Positions 1-22,673 are shown, numbered from the stretch's first letter. The stretch: DNA of 64,000 bases from Chrysomallon squamiferum (GCA_012295275.1 CM022671.1:6944001-7008000); one strand, 5' to 3'. The notes: a model not told the origin generated them from the sequence alone. Numbers and translations are program-made.

Positions 1-7545
<7,545 letters not shown>

Positions 7546-7590
7546 TTTGCCCGAAGGACGTCGTCACTCGCGCGTACACGCACAACACCT

Positions 7591-7597
7591 TTTTATA
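7591..7597 (-). promoter_or_regulatory. TATA box of TSP1 paralogue A
   Basis: Minus-strand cTATAAAAagg about 46 nt upstream of the ATG, in a locally GC-richer context. Confidence 0.6.
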
Positions 7598-8009
7598 GGC
7601 AACATCGTAACACACGAAGCACATACTTATTATCATAAGTACACATAATTATAATGAGGGTGTTTACTTCGAGAAACCGAAGATGCATATATTATGTTAA
7701 TGAAGATGTATTAATTACGATAATGAGGGAACGTATATGTTGTGATAATATGAGTATATTATTCTTATTTATGATAATGAAGGAAATGTCAAGTTTTATA
7801 AAGTTGTGACGTTATACCTGATAGCCTTTTTCTTTACGTACGTTTTACGATTAATTGAATGTATAATTTTTCTATATTTCCTACAATTCTTTATTTTTCG
7901 AACGTAACGGATGCTAAAATGCAGCTTATAGAGAATTGTTCTCTCAGTATCTGTCATATATAAGCACATATACACACTGATAGATACTTATTTGTTTCTC
8001 ATACAAGGA

Positions 8010-8041
<32 letters not shown>

Positions 8042-8487
8042 ATGAAAGAAATAAATAAGTGAAGAAAGAAAGAATAAAAAACCCCAATAATAATGATAAA
8101 TAAAATAATAAATAAACGTAGAAATAAAAAGTTAAAGAAATAAAAAAATATATAAATAAATAAAGAACGAAATAAAGATACAAACATACAAAGAAACAAA
8201 GAAAGAAACAAGCAAACAAACAAACAAACAAACAAACAAACAAATTAATTAATTAATTAATAATATACAAACAAGCATAAAATAGCCGCAATTCAATCTC
8301 TACACAGTATTAATATGACTATTTTCTGCAGAGAGAAGTGAGACGTCACTTACACGTATTTTCAATTACCGTGCCAGTGAACTCAAGAGCAGATCACTCT
8401 GACACCAGTGACACTTTTTAAACTGACAACAAATTCACGATGTTTTTCCTTAACGAATGTTACGTTTGTTTGCGGGTGATAAAGGGT

Positions 8488-8495
8488 ATTTATAC
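8488..8495 (+). promoter_or_regulatory. TATA-like element of TSP1 paralogue B
   Basis: TATTTATA about 40 nt upstream of the ATG at 8530, mirroring the layout of paralogue A. Confidence 0.4.
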
Positions 8496-8529
8496 GACCA
8501 GTCTATGTTGCAGTGGGTAGCGTAGAACG

Positions 8530-8676
8530 ATGAAGACGGCGTGGTTGTTGTTGGCCATCGTCGTTGCTGTTGTTATCTGTCAGTCAGAAGCAAGATGGTA
8601 CGTACTGTTCTGCATTGAAATACTTCGGCAGTTTTTTCTTGTTTTATTTAATTATTATTATTATTAATAATTTTTT

Positions 8677-8715
<39 letters not shown>

Positions 8716-8919
8716 TTGTTGTATGGGCTTAATGATTAGTGTCCCTGGAATTAACATTATGATTACTTTGGGTTTAAGATAAAATAAAAAAAAAGCGATT
8801 TCATCACTTTTTTCCTCAATGTAATTATTTATTATTTGTAACCCAGTTTTGTAACGAACATCTGGGAATTACCAAACTGTTTCAAAGAAAAATTTCATGG
8901 CACGACTTTCACCATTTGT

Positions 8920-8998
<79 letters not shown>

Positions 8999-9218
8999 GT
9001 GTGTTTGTGTGTGTATATATATATATACTGTTTTGTTAGGGGTAAGTGTGTACAGAAATACCGTTGTGTCAAGTGGACGTCTTACAACTACAGATGTAGC
9101 CCTCATGGATGGAGTAAATGCAAACGTAGGAGGTACGTAGTTCAGTTGAAATCATTGATACACAGTAACAAACAAACAAACAAATAAAATAAAAATAAAA
9201 ATAATAATAATAATAAAA

Positions 9219-9262
<44 letters not shown>

Positions 9263-10187
9263 CAAAGAAAAAAAGAAACAGAAAAGAAAAAAACAATAAC
9301 AAAAGAAAATAACAACGAATAACTGATTTAATAGCAATATCTGAAAGATGACTTTTGTGAAAGAATGCAGAGATCAGCAGTAACGTACACCTTCCCGAGA
9401 CATGCAGGAACATACCACGCCCTCTAGCGGGCGACCGTCGTATATAAGTAATTTACAGTTTTATTTATTCATTTTGCAGATCGTACATTGGAACATGCAC
9501 ACGTCGTTGTCGAGGTAACGTCAGAGCTGATGTAAATAATCACACAAAACACGAAGTTATTTTTCTATGTCAGGTTATAAACAAATCTAACATAAACGCA
9601 CGCACACACACACAGACACACAAACAAACACGCACACAAATACACATTCACACATACATACACACAAACACATAAACACACACACAAACACACAGACACA
9701 CAAACAAACACGCACACAAATACACATTCACACATCCATACACACAAACACAGACAGAACACATTAACAATAATACACATAAACACAAACACACACTAAA
9801 TAATGATGCATATGCAGCTATGAAAATATCTTGCGGTATTATGTTTGTCTTTATGTTTACAGTGAATGCTGTTATGTCTGCTTGGTCGTCATGGAGACCA
9901 GTTGGTGAGTGTACGAAAACGTGCGGAGGGGGACACATCACAATGAAGAGAACAAGAAAATGTACCCCGCCCAGATACGGTGGCAAAAATGTGGCCGCAC
10001 CGTCGAGAAAAAATTGGAAGAATGCAATACAAAACCTTGTCCAGGTATGTCGATTTTTAAAATACAACAATAACAACAACAGCGATGGTGACAGTAACAA
10101 AAATTAAACCTATAAAAGTATTGAACCAAAAATAACGATTTTTTTTTTTTTTTTTTTATTTTTTTTTTGTAATTATTATTAATTTAA

Positions 10188-10235
<48 letters not shown>

Positions 10236-12249
10236 AAATTTGTTTTGTTATTTCTTTTTAAGTAATTTAAAAAAAAATTATATTTTTTTACTATAAATTA
10301 ACGTTTATCAATAATTTCACGTGTTGGTCGTAAAGGTCTAGTTATTTATTTGTGTTGTTAATTTAGCTAACATTTTCAAACGCTAGGGGGGGGGGGGATG
10401 GTGCACTGTGTGACAGAGAATAAATTTCCCTTCGTGTTGTTATTAGCAACAGCGTGTTACAATACGTGGAGATTTTTTTTCTGTCTCTGGGAGGGTGTTT
10501 GAAAAACACCTCTTGCTGCTAATTCGATACGATTTCCTCTTGCCTGTAAAACAATAAATAAACAAATAAATAAATAAATAACAAAACAAATAAATAAATA
10601 AGTAAATACACAAATAAATAAATAAATCAATCAATCAATCAACAAATAAATAAATAAATAAATAAATAAATAAGTAAGTAAATAAAGAGAGGGAAAAAGA
10701 ACATAAAGAAGGTTCCATCACAATGATCGTCTTACGAGTGAAAATGTTAAGAGTTATTAAAGCAGAGACGTGACAGGTTTTTTTCTTCAGTAACTCGATT
10801 TATCGACATTACTGTCTGTCTGGTGTCCGCTGATAAACTGTACGGAGAACAGACAATTCAATACTCAGACAACGTGAAGTACGTTTTAATTACGTCACAA
10901 AACATCGGTAACGAGCTTGTGCCATTTTGGATATTAATTATGTATGACTCAGCGAATATTTCTTTGATAAATCGTATTTTAGTATTAATCGTTGGTAAGC
11001 GTCTAAAATAATCTTTGCCAATACCACGGTGTTTGAGAGATCTAGTTAGGTAGAACGGGAAATAATGTCATATTTGTGCTCTACGATTTATATTTCATTT
11101 ATAGGCTGCGGCGAAAGTAACGCTCTTTTTATTTCTGTGTTTATGGTTTGATACTGTCTAACTTTCTACAGATTTTTAAATTTTATGTTATATAATTTTT
11201 GTTATGTATTGAATAAACAATAAATATATAAATATTGTGGTTATCTTATTATTAAAAGCGACTAAGTTAAAAAGGGGGCGCTACATTTGCTGAAGTCTGT
11301 GTATAGTGGAGTATTTAAAAAGGAAATAAGAAATGGATGGTTAGCTTTGCATGATCAAGTTATATTTTTCTTACAGTTCAGGTTAGTTTTATTGTTTTTA
11401 TTAAGACACAGAAAAATAGAAATATTACTGTTGTTATTATTACAAAACTGATACACAGATTTAACTGGTGGTTTTAATTTCACCTCGTTAGTTTCTTTCT
11501 GGACACAGAAGTGTGTAAGTATGTGTGTGTCTGTGTGTATGTGTGCGTGTGTGGCTGTGTGTTTGTGTGAGGTCGTGTGTGAGTGCGTGTGTGTGTGTCT
11601 GCGTTTTGTGACGGACAGGTTTTATTTATTTTATTGATCAGTTCACGGGAAATGGTCCGAGTGGGAGGACTGGACGCCAGTTGACCAGTGTCCAGTCCTC
11701 TGCGGAGGCGCAAAGACCAAACTGAAGCGAGCACGTGCCTGTACCGACCCGACACCAATGCATGGCGGGAAGGACTGCGAAGGAGACGCCATTGAGTACC
11801 AGGAGGACGGAGCCTGCAACACGGAGCCTTGCGGGGGTATTTAACCTTTTCACTGACCAATCAAAACAACCAACACGTCCCACGTGTTAAACTGGAGCCT
11901 TAGAAACACTGGAACTGTTAGAAACGTTGGTTTAAAATAAAAATATGTAAGACAAGTATTTAACTGTCGTAACGTGACTTACTACAGTTTCTGTTTTGAA
12001 TGCTGTAAACTGAGAAAGTATGTGGGTTTTTTGTTGTTTTTTTCTTACAGTTAACCTTACATGGAAAATACATCTCAGTGAGCTCAGTATAAAATGGCAA
12101 CGTATTTGCACCTGATCAAATTTTATTCACAGACATCTAAGATTTATTTTTGCTCACATTGTTAGTTCTGTGTTTCTCCTGAGAATCTGCTTACATTTGG
12201 TTGATTTGATGCTGTTTATATCTAGTTAATCTGTAAATATGATTAAATA

Positions 12250-12295
<46 letters not shown>

Positions 12296-12716
12296 TTATT
12301 TTATCATTTTATTTTTTTTATGCAATCTGCTATTAAATGGCATTTATTGTTTATTATTATTACATAATTAATTTTTTTTTTAACCCTCAGACCTTTGCCC
12401 GATAAATCAGAGAGTTTTTCATCCGAATCTGTTTAACGACCGTTTTTACTACGAGTGCGACGAAAACCAAGTGGCGCGTCTTCGCACGTGCCCCGACTTC
12501 GGCACGTGGCGACAGGACTATTCGCGATGCATCCCGCAGACCTGTGACGTCAGTGGCGGTCTTCTGCACGAGCACCCGGTCGACTGCACGAAGTACATGT
12601 TCTGTTTGATGGGAAAACGCGCTATCGAGTTCCGGTGTCCAGCTGGGGCATCATGGGATGTTCAGGAAAAGAAATGTAAAGAGGGAATCCGACCCGATTG
12701 TTTCACGTCTGAGTGA
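8530..12716 (+). CDS. Secreted protein, paralogue B: signal peptide + 6-Cys cationic domain + 2 TSP1 repeats + 2 chitin-binding type 2 (CBM14/peritrophin-A-like) domains
   Basis: Exons 8530-8597 ([22 protein letters not shown]), 9040-9132, 9480-9514, 9863-10044 (TSP1; 182 nt, one A short in an A5 run near 9985), 11642-11836 (TSP1: [29 protein letters not shown]) and 12391-12716 (..[22 protein letters not shown]; ..[28 protein letters not shown]). Introns are GT-AG with consistent phases. AATAAA at 12947. Confidence 0.88.
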
Positions 12717-13689
12717 GAGCCACCATTTTGTTTGTCTGTGGGAACAGTGTTTGTTGTAATATCGTGATTATACTCAAACTTGCCAGCAAATATTTGACGT
12801 TAGTGGGAATATTTATTTGTTTTTCTCTTTTATCTGACATTTGTTTTCGTTGACGTCAGTTCTTATTATGAGAATTTCTTCAAGTTGTTCTCATAGATAT
12901 TTCTGCAGTGGAATTGTTAACTAATTTGATGTGCAATATTTTACACAATAAATTTTTCTTTGTTCTCATTCATGTCAATTTTTTTTTTTTTTTTTTTTTC
13001 TGCTTTTATCTTTGTTCATTTTGATGTTTTAAAATTAGTTTTCTTTGTTTTCCGAGTTTTGTATGGGTTACTTTCTGCTTTTTACTATTTGCTTGTTTCA
13101 AATAAATAAAAAAATAATAATAAAATAATAAAATTATATATAGATATAATAAACTTCAAAACGTAATAAAAAAACAAAGCAAAACAACAATAGCAACAAA
13201 AAAAAAAAAAAAAAATAAAAAAAAAACAAAAAAAACCCAAACAATTAAATAACAAAAGAAAGAATAATAAATTGAAGCAATTACGATAAAAAATGAAATA
13301 AAGAAAAAAAATTTAAAACGATAATAGAAAAAATAAATGAATACATAAAAATTAAAAATAATAAATAAAAAAAGATCTATCTCAAGCTGACAAAAGTATA
13401 AATAAATAAACACGACTCGCAGTTCAGTTTAATCTCGGTAAGACTTTTGTTCAGAATCCAGACATCGTGAACTCTGTGCACAACGTCGTCACCGATACAT
13501 TAATAGTAATAATTAGAGGAGAAAGCCGAGAGACAGGAGATCGTCTTTCTTCTTCTTATCGCGCGAAACGACGACATCATCACAGCGAGATTAACGACCA
13601 GGTTCGTGACGACATGTCAAACGGTGTATTTATCTACAGAACACAACGACACAGTAAATACATTTGACTAGATATCGATTTTCTTGTTA

Positions 13690-13726
<37 letters not shown>

Positions 13727-15019
13727 CACTCCTTTTATCTACGTAATGTCAGTATAGGGAAGCTCTCTTAAATCTCTCTGAAGTATTTTTATTTATTTAT
13801 TTATTTTTTTATAATTTAATTATTTTTTTTTAATTAATTTTTTTTTTTTGTCATCAATAAATAAAGTCATCATTTCGGGTTCATTTTATTTTATATTTAT
13901 ATATCACGAAATAATCTGAGTAATGACAGTCAGTTAGCGACAACACTGATAAAATCACGGCTGCTGCTGCAGAATTCCACATTTCAACTGAGTTTTTAAT
14001 TAACCTGTACTGTCTAACCGTTTCCTGTTTGTGTGACACAGTCGTGTTTTTTTTGTGTTTGTTTGTTTGTTTGTTTTACTCATGTTGTGTTTTATGTCGA
14101 TGAGAAAGAACAGGAAGAGAAAGTAAATGAGGAAGTAACACACACAGAGAGACACACACATACACAGAGACACACACACAGACCCACATACACAGATACA
14201 CATACAGAGAGAGAAACAGAAATGGAGAAAAAGAAAAAGAGAAGAAAGTGAGAGAGAAAAAGTGCAAAGAAAAACAAAGAAATGAAAAGGTTCACTTTGA
14301 TGTAATAATAGTTAATATAACAACAGTTAAATAAAGAAAAGCAGCAATAACAACAGAAACAGCAGCAATAAACAACAAAACACTAACGACAACACTAACA
14401 ATAAGAAGAATAATAAAAAACACTACTACTACTACTACTACTACTACTGCTACTACTACTAATAATAATAATAATAAGATAAGATAGACAAATAAATTAA
14501 TAGATAAACATAGATGAATGGTTGAATGGATGGATATATACAAACATACATACATACATGTACATACATTATAATTACACGGATACATACATACACAGAG
14601 TTTAATTAAACATATTTCTATGTCTTAAATAGTTCTTTATATAAAGTTTTTTAATTATAACGTTGTTTTTAAAATCTACCAAGGATATATGTGTTTGTGT
14701 GTATATATATATATCCTTGACAGAGTTTAATTATAATAAAAAAAAAAAAATTAAATAGTTCTTCCTATAAAGTTTTCTCAGACAGAAATAACAATGTACG
14801 TTGTTTTTATAATTTCAACGAATCGTTGAAAGTAAAAAGGAAGATGAAAAAGTGTCTGTGTTTTATTTTTGTATTTAGTCACAAGAGTTTGAATATATTT
14901 TCAAACAAACTAGAAAAAACTTTAATTAAAATCATTGTTGCTTCAGTTGATTTGAAAGGTCTATTGATCACTTTATTCTGAACATTTATTTTTAATTAAC
15001 AACCTAGTTTGCATAGTAG

Positions 15020-15560
15020 TTGTAGTTTAGTAGTTTAATATAGTACAGTGTAGTTTAATATAGTATAATATAGTTTAATATAGTATTGTGTAGTTTTATA
15101 TAGTATAGAGTAGTTTAGTACTCAGTGTAGTTTAATATAGTATAATATAGTTTAATATAGTATTGTGTAGTTTTATATAGTAAAGTGTAGTTTAATATAG
15201 TATAGTTTATTTTAATATAGTATAGTGTTAGTTTAATATAGTATTGTGTAGTTTAATATAGTTTATAGTATAATATAGTTTAATATAGTATTGTGTAGTT
15301 TTATATAGTAAAGTGTAGTTTAATATAGTATAGTTTATTTTAATATAGTATAGTGTTAGTTTAATATAGTATTGTGTAGTTTAATATAGTATAGTGTACT
15401 TTAATATAGTATTATGTAATTTAATATAGTACAGTGTAGTTTAATATAGTATAGTGCACTTTAATATAGTATAATATAGTTTAAAAACTATTATTTATTT
15501 TTATGTAGTATACTGTAGTTTAATATAGTATAGGGCACTTCAGTATAATATAGTAGTGTT
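15020..15560. repeat. Minisatellite, ~20-bp unit (tagtttaatatagtatagtg)
   Basis: Visible tandem array with some higher-order duplication. Confidence 0.9.
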
Positions 15561-16848
15561 GGGTAGATTTGTGTAATATAGATTTATATCGTATGCTATG
15601 CTATGTTTTTGAGGGTTCTTGCTATTTTTTACTGTTTTCTTTGATATGCAGCATGCATTACATTACATCGATGTGCTTTAAAAACTAATAACTTCAAGGA
15701 GAAACCCAGTTTATAGACAGAAAATCACTAATTAGGTCGAAGTAACCTTTTCAAGATTTCTCAAATCAATCAGACGCGAAATGTCACGCCTTTCTAATTA
15801 CAACCATTCAATAAACTTGTAACCAGTAAATTTCATTTGCGTCAAAATAAGATCAGTTTACCCAAAATAATTCAATTAGAAAAAGAGAGACAACAACAGC
15901 AACCCCACCAGCAATAACTACATCGATAACGACAACAACAACAACAAAATAAAAATAAAAATTATAAATAAATAAAAATAATATATTAATTATTGACTTT
16001 TGCAGTATAGTTAAATGATATATCTTATTTAAAAAAAAAAAAAATTTTTTTTTAGAATGTTTAATTTCATCTAATAATTTTTAATAATTAATTTTCCATA
16101 TCTAAAAACTCACCATTAAATAATTTACATTATTTAATTTATGCTATTTTTCAGAAACAAAACTTGAAGTCGTCAGGTGATACATTTGTTTAATTTTTTA
16201 ATATTAAATATATGTGCAAAATACCAAATTTTAAGTACACCTCAGTCCTATCTTCGTTTTATTTTCTTTCTCTTTAATTTGAAAAATTCCAGGAAAATGA
16301 AAATAATGTCACATTGTTTTCTTCAGATGTCTAGATTATTACTAAATCGCAAAAATTTCTTAAATATTTATAACATACTAAGATTCTATAAAGAAAAAAA
16401 AAACAACAACCGTAAATTCAGTTCAAAGAGTTATTGAGAAATTTATCTTTGATATAAGGAGCTTTATAGCGGTCTATTAAAAAATAATTACAATCAAGTC
16501 AAATTACTTTTCCTTATTCAGCAAGAAAAAAAAAAACCCGAAGACAGTTAGTATCGTCTTTGTTTTGTTTGATCAAATATTTTTTTTTTTTTTTGTACTT
16601 TATAGTAGACATAGAAAACACATTGAACTGAGGGTGGTCTGTGATACAGGATTAGTGTAGGGGGGAAAAAAAGGATATAATTTTGTATTTATAAACGAAT
16701 GAATAAATAAATAAATATATAAGTATTTATGTATGGAGGTACGTATGTATGTATGTATGTATACGTATGTGTGTATGTATGTATGTGTGTGTGTATATAT
16801 ATATGTGTGTGTGTGTATGTTTGTGTCATGTATATATAAATTACATAC

Positions 16849-16891
<43 letters not shown>

Positions 16892-17427
16892 TATATAAAT
16901 AAATAAATAAATAAAAAAAAAGAAAGAAAGAAAGAAAGAAAGAAAAAGAAAAACGAAATAACAAAGAAAGAAAGAAAGAAAGAAAAAAAAGAAAAAAGAA
17001 ATAAGAAAGAAAGAAAGAAAGAAAAAAAAAAAGAAGAAAGAAAGAAAAAAGAAAGAAAGAAAGAAAGAAAAAAAGACAATTCCGAAAAATTCGAAAAAAA
17101 TGGTTTGTATTCTGGAACGGGAAATCATTCATGGAGTCTGACGTAAAATCGATCTGGGGCCGCCTCCCTCTTCGTTATTCAAGAATCGATTTAGTGTCAC
17201 GTTCTGTGAACTATTTATAATGTTTCCCTGTCCAGGAATAGACCCCGCAGTTCAAATGTTTCTTCTTTGTCTATTGGTGTCAGCCGTAAGACAAGTGATG
17301 TGTTTTTGTTTCACGTCAGTTTTTAACTGCTTCTGTGTTAACAGCCGTCTTCGTTTCTCACGTAGTTCGTTTCGAACAAATCAACTCCTCTACACAACTA
17401 CCTTAATAATCACCTTTTTAATTCACC

Positions 17428-18065
<638 letters not shown>

Positions 18066-18909
18066 TGTATTGATCCAATCAGACTGTGCGGACGAGAGAC
18101 AGAGAAGTATAATATACATCCATTCTGATACCTGTCAGCTTATCTGCGTAAATTAATTAGTTTATTCGTGTGAAATTCTCATTGGAGATAAAGTCTTCAT
18201 CGCATCACGTGGACCAGTGAACATTCTGCTACTTTTGCGCGTTTTTTTTTTTTTTTTTTTTTGGATTTCAGTGACGAACGACGCTGTTTTAATTGGTCGC
18301 TATAGAGACGTCAATCAGCGGATTACTGGGATTGAGGCGCTCAGGTTCATCTATCGAACGGCGAAGCAGCTGATGAGATGACATCACGACGGCGTGGTTT
18401 TGTACGTTTTTCTTTCCTCCGTTGGACTGCGGTAAACAGACGAGTTCGGCTGATATGAATTTCTTCGTATTTTTCTGGTTTCTTTCATCTGGGTGTACTT
18501 TAGAAGATGTGTTTTTTTCGTGTGACTGAAGATACTGAGATGAAAGTCTCCGATTTTTTCATTTTTGTTTCTAATTAAGTTAGCTGATCATGTTTTTTTG
18601 TTTGTTTTTTTTGTTCTTTTTTTTATAGAAGAAAAGAAACTGGAGTAATGTAATGGGAGACAGTTACTAATTTTTACAAAAATGCTTCGCTGAAAATGTG
18701 TCCGTTCGTGCACCAAAAGAAAAATGAGACATGAAATTGAGATGTTGCCTGTGATTACCTTTTGTTTTCATAAACTTTTACGATTTGTAAAATGTTTAAT
18801 TCTTGTCTGAGGAACATTATACAACAACAACAACAACAACAACAAATACAACAGCTAGACAGGTAACTTAACCCGGGCATACCAGCATGGTCTGATATGC
18901 TGTTCTGGG

Positions 18910-21900
18910 ATGTCTAATGCTAATGACACTTTTACCTACGATTCGCAGACGATTCACATCGCTTCCATACTGCTCTTCATCGCGAGCACGGTTTGTGGAA
19001 TTGTGGGTAACATGTCGCTGTGTTACGTCATCCTGAGGACGAAGAGTCTGAGAACGCACCTCAACTCGTGCATCATGAACATCGCCGTGGCCGACCTCAT
19101 TTCGTGCTTTCTGCTCATGCCGTTTCGAATGATGACGGCCGGCAAGACGTCGTGGGGCCGCAACGTCGACGTCATCTGCAAGGGAGAGATGTTTGTGCGT
19201 GTCAGCACGGACACAGCCAGACTGCTGTTCCTGGCGTACGTCAGCTACGAACGGTACCTCGCCATTGCCAACCCGTTCAACAGGGACAAGAAGATTCCCA
19301 AACTCAGAGCCGTTATATCCGCGTGTTTCATCTGGACCGTTGCCTTCGGTCTTGCCACGTTCGCTTCGTTCCACTTCAACAACGTCGCACTGATGCACGA
19401 ATGTGAACTGGACTGGCAAAAGAACGACATCGATGTGGTCGAGCTCTACGTCACTGCACCGATATTCGTCACAACGGTCATGTTGATCGTGCTGTTCTAC
19501 ATACTCATAATTCGAATTCTGGTGAAACACGGGTCGACCATGTCCAAGTATTTCGGCGAAAAAAAGAAAAACAAGGTGAAACCCGCCGCCGCTGACGTAG
19601 CAGCAGCAGGGACAAGCACGAACCACAAACCACAGGCGGGAGTCGAGCCGGCGTCTGTGGTGACAATCGTAGCCGACAATTCGGGCGACGCCGTGCAGCA
19701 GGAAGCGCAGAAGCACAGCAGGACAGAAGACGTAATGTCGTCGTGTCCGCTGCCTGCTGTCGAAGTTAACGATTTGACGAGTAATTCTAGGCTGGCGACT
19801 GGTTTACTTCCAAATCGAACGACAGCCGAGGAATCGTGCGTCGCCGAACACGACTCAAAAACAGTTAACAGTGAGTCTAACGATAACAAGAGTGAAAGAA
19901 AACATAACGCAGAATTAGTGACTGTGAGAACTCAAGAACTAGATAATAAAGATGTCGCAAAGACAGATGGAAAAAACAGATGTACTGACCAAAAAAATGG
20001 ACAGAAATCTAACGCGCGACAGTTCATGTGAAGACGTTAGTTTTACACAAAAAGATTTGACTTTGTGTTCTGAGCAGGCTGAAATAACCAAGTGTGAGAT
20101 GATATCAAACGTTAGTGATGTTTGTGTTCAAAACCTGAGTTAAAAAACGAGGAAGATGAAACGTTTCACTTGTCACAGAGTGGAAATCAGCCACGGTTCT
20201 TATCTGAACCGGTTTCTCGTGACAGTAAACATTTACAAGAAAATGTAAAATCAAATTCACTCAGGACAGAAGAAAGAGACAAAAACAAATTCGCGTTTAC
20301 AAAAAACAAAAGGATACCGTTAGATGGAGATGTATTAGCGGACAGTGAAAGTTGGGCAGCAGATGAAAATCATCCAGATGATAAGAAAACTGAGCTGTTG
20401 GAACATTATACAACAAAGTTAGACGATGAATCTGATCTGGACAATAAGAAGAATGTTTTACTGGAGGACAAATCTGTTAGAACACAACGTCTAGGTGACG
20501 ACAAAGACCCGGGGTTGGAAAACCTAGCAGAAGACGTCGCAAGCCAAGAAACGAAATCTTTGTTGTTGATGAAGAAAAAATGCAAAACACCACAAAGCCT
20601 CGTATTAAAAAATGTCAAAAATGAGCAAACCAAAAAACATGTTTCACAACCAAAACAATGCAAAGTAAACAATTCAGAGCAAAACAAAACAGCTTTGTCG
20701 AATGCAAAAGAAACAGAAGAAAATATTTTACTTCAGATGAAAAAAAAGTCGTTGTCACAAGGAGAGACAGAGAGACAAACAGACACGGAGAGACAAAGTG
20801 AGACAGAGACACAAACAAACAGAAAACATCTAACAGAGATTACAGAAAGGGAGAAAGAAAAGGGGGAAACGCCAACTGATGAAGAGTTACCAGTGTTGTT
20901 GCAGTGTCGTATACAACGTCGTGAAAATCAAACAGGACTTCAGAAAGAAGAGATAAAAGAAAATAACAAGAAGAAAAGAGAAAAACAAGATGACGAGAAG
21001 AGACGTTACAAGACTGAATGTAAGTCAGACGACACACGAGAGAAAGATGCGTCACAAGCTAGAACTGAGCAGACAGCAGGTCAGGTGTGTACAGCGACTC
21101 CTGTGTCAGACATTTCTCACAGCTCTTCACAAGACGATTCCAGTCAGACACATAGTGGGACAGGAGCAGGGATAGAAGAAACGAGAAAAGAGGAGGCGAA
21201 ACACCGTGAAGGAGCGAAAACCGTGCAGGACAGTAAAGAAACGAGAAAACAAGAAGTTAAACAATGTGAAGTAGGGAAGACCGTGCAGGACAGCAAAGAA
21301 GTGATTAAAGAGGAAGTGAAACAATGTGAATTAGGGAACACCGCGCAGGACAGCAAAGAAGTGATTAAAGATGAAGTGAAACAATGTGAATTAGGGAAAA
21401 CCGTGCAGGACAGCAAAGAAGTGATTAAAGAGGAAGTGAAACAATGTGAATTAGGGAACACCGCGCAGGACAGCAAAGAACGAGATGGTGTAACGTCTTC
21501 CGGTGAGAAACAAAACAAACACGACAAGAAATCGGCAAACAGTTCACCCAGTGACACGGTTTCCATTTCCAGACGAAAAGCCGTGCGCACAGTCAACGTG
21601 GTCGACATGGACGGCACCGTGTACAGGGAATCGTTGACTAACGCCAGCGGTGCCGTCTGCAAACGCGACAACGACAACAAGATCAAAGGACGGAGAAAAG
21701 TCGAGCTGAAAGCGGCGAAACGAATCATTGCCGTCATCGGAACGTTCTTCACTCTCTGGACGCCCTTCCCTGTGAGTGTGCTGCTGTCACGACGTCTTTC
21801 CGCCTCCAAGGCCGACCACGCCATGTGGCTTGACGTCATCCTTCTGATGTCGGCTCTGTCGGCGGTGACGTCGGCGGTGATGCCGCTGCTGAACGGACTT

Positions 21901-21984
21901 TCTAACAAACAAATCAAATCAGCGGCTGTGAGAATCTTCAGAAAATTCTTTTGTTTTACGTGTAAGAAAACTGCCCGTTTTTAG
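18910..21984 (+). CDS. Class A (rhodopsin-like) orphan GPCR with a very long ICL3; reading frame interrupted around 19950-20140
   Basis: ORF 18910-20031 has TM1-5 (GN in TM1, NIAVADL in TM2, C3.25 and ERY in TM3, W in TM4, P in TM5). ORF 20122-21984, in the same frame, ends with TM6 (KAAKRIIAVIGTFFTLWTPF), TM7 (SAVMPLLNG), helix 8 and Cys residues. ORF 19952-20143 in the +1 frame bridges the gap. Confidence 0.85.
21165..21480 (+). repeat. Coding 60-bp tandem repeat (about 5 units; KEEVKQCELGKTVQDSKEVI) inside the GPCR ICL3
   Basis: Successive 60-nt lines align in register. Confidence 0.9.
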
Positions 21985-21989
21985 CTCTC

Positions 21990-22335
<346 letters not shown>

Positions 22336-22673
22336 CATAAGAGAGATTCAGACGACTAATTTACATATTTCAGTAACACAAGGCAGTTGTTATAATGTGT
22401 GTGTGTGTGTATGCAGATGCGTATGTATATAATTATGTATATATGTATGTATGTGTGTATGTGCATAAATTATATGTGTTTATGTCTGTGTATTTATATG
22501 TCACTATTAGATACATGTTATTTAAATCATATTGACAATATATTATTATTATTATTACCGTCATTATTGTTGTTATCATCATCATCATGAAAATAAAAAC
22601 AAATATTCAAGTATCGAATTTGAATTGCCCCATAAATTTAACAAACAATCGTTGAAGAATACATCATTTTGCA

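Noticed and set aside
9980-9995. Frameshift suggesting TSP1 paralogue B is a pseudogene
   Set aside because: The exon is 182 nt versus 183 nt in the paralogues, and one extra A in the A5 run restores [22 protein letters not shown]. This is a typical homopolymer sequencing error, and the rest of the gene is intact.
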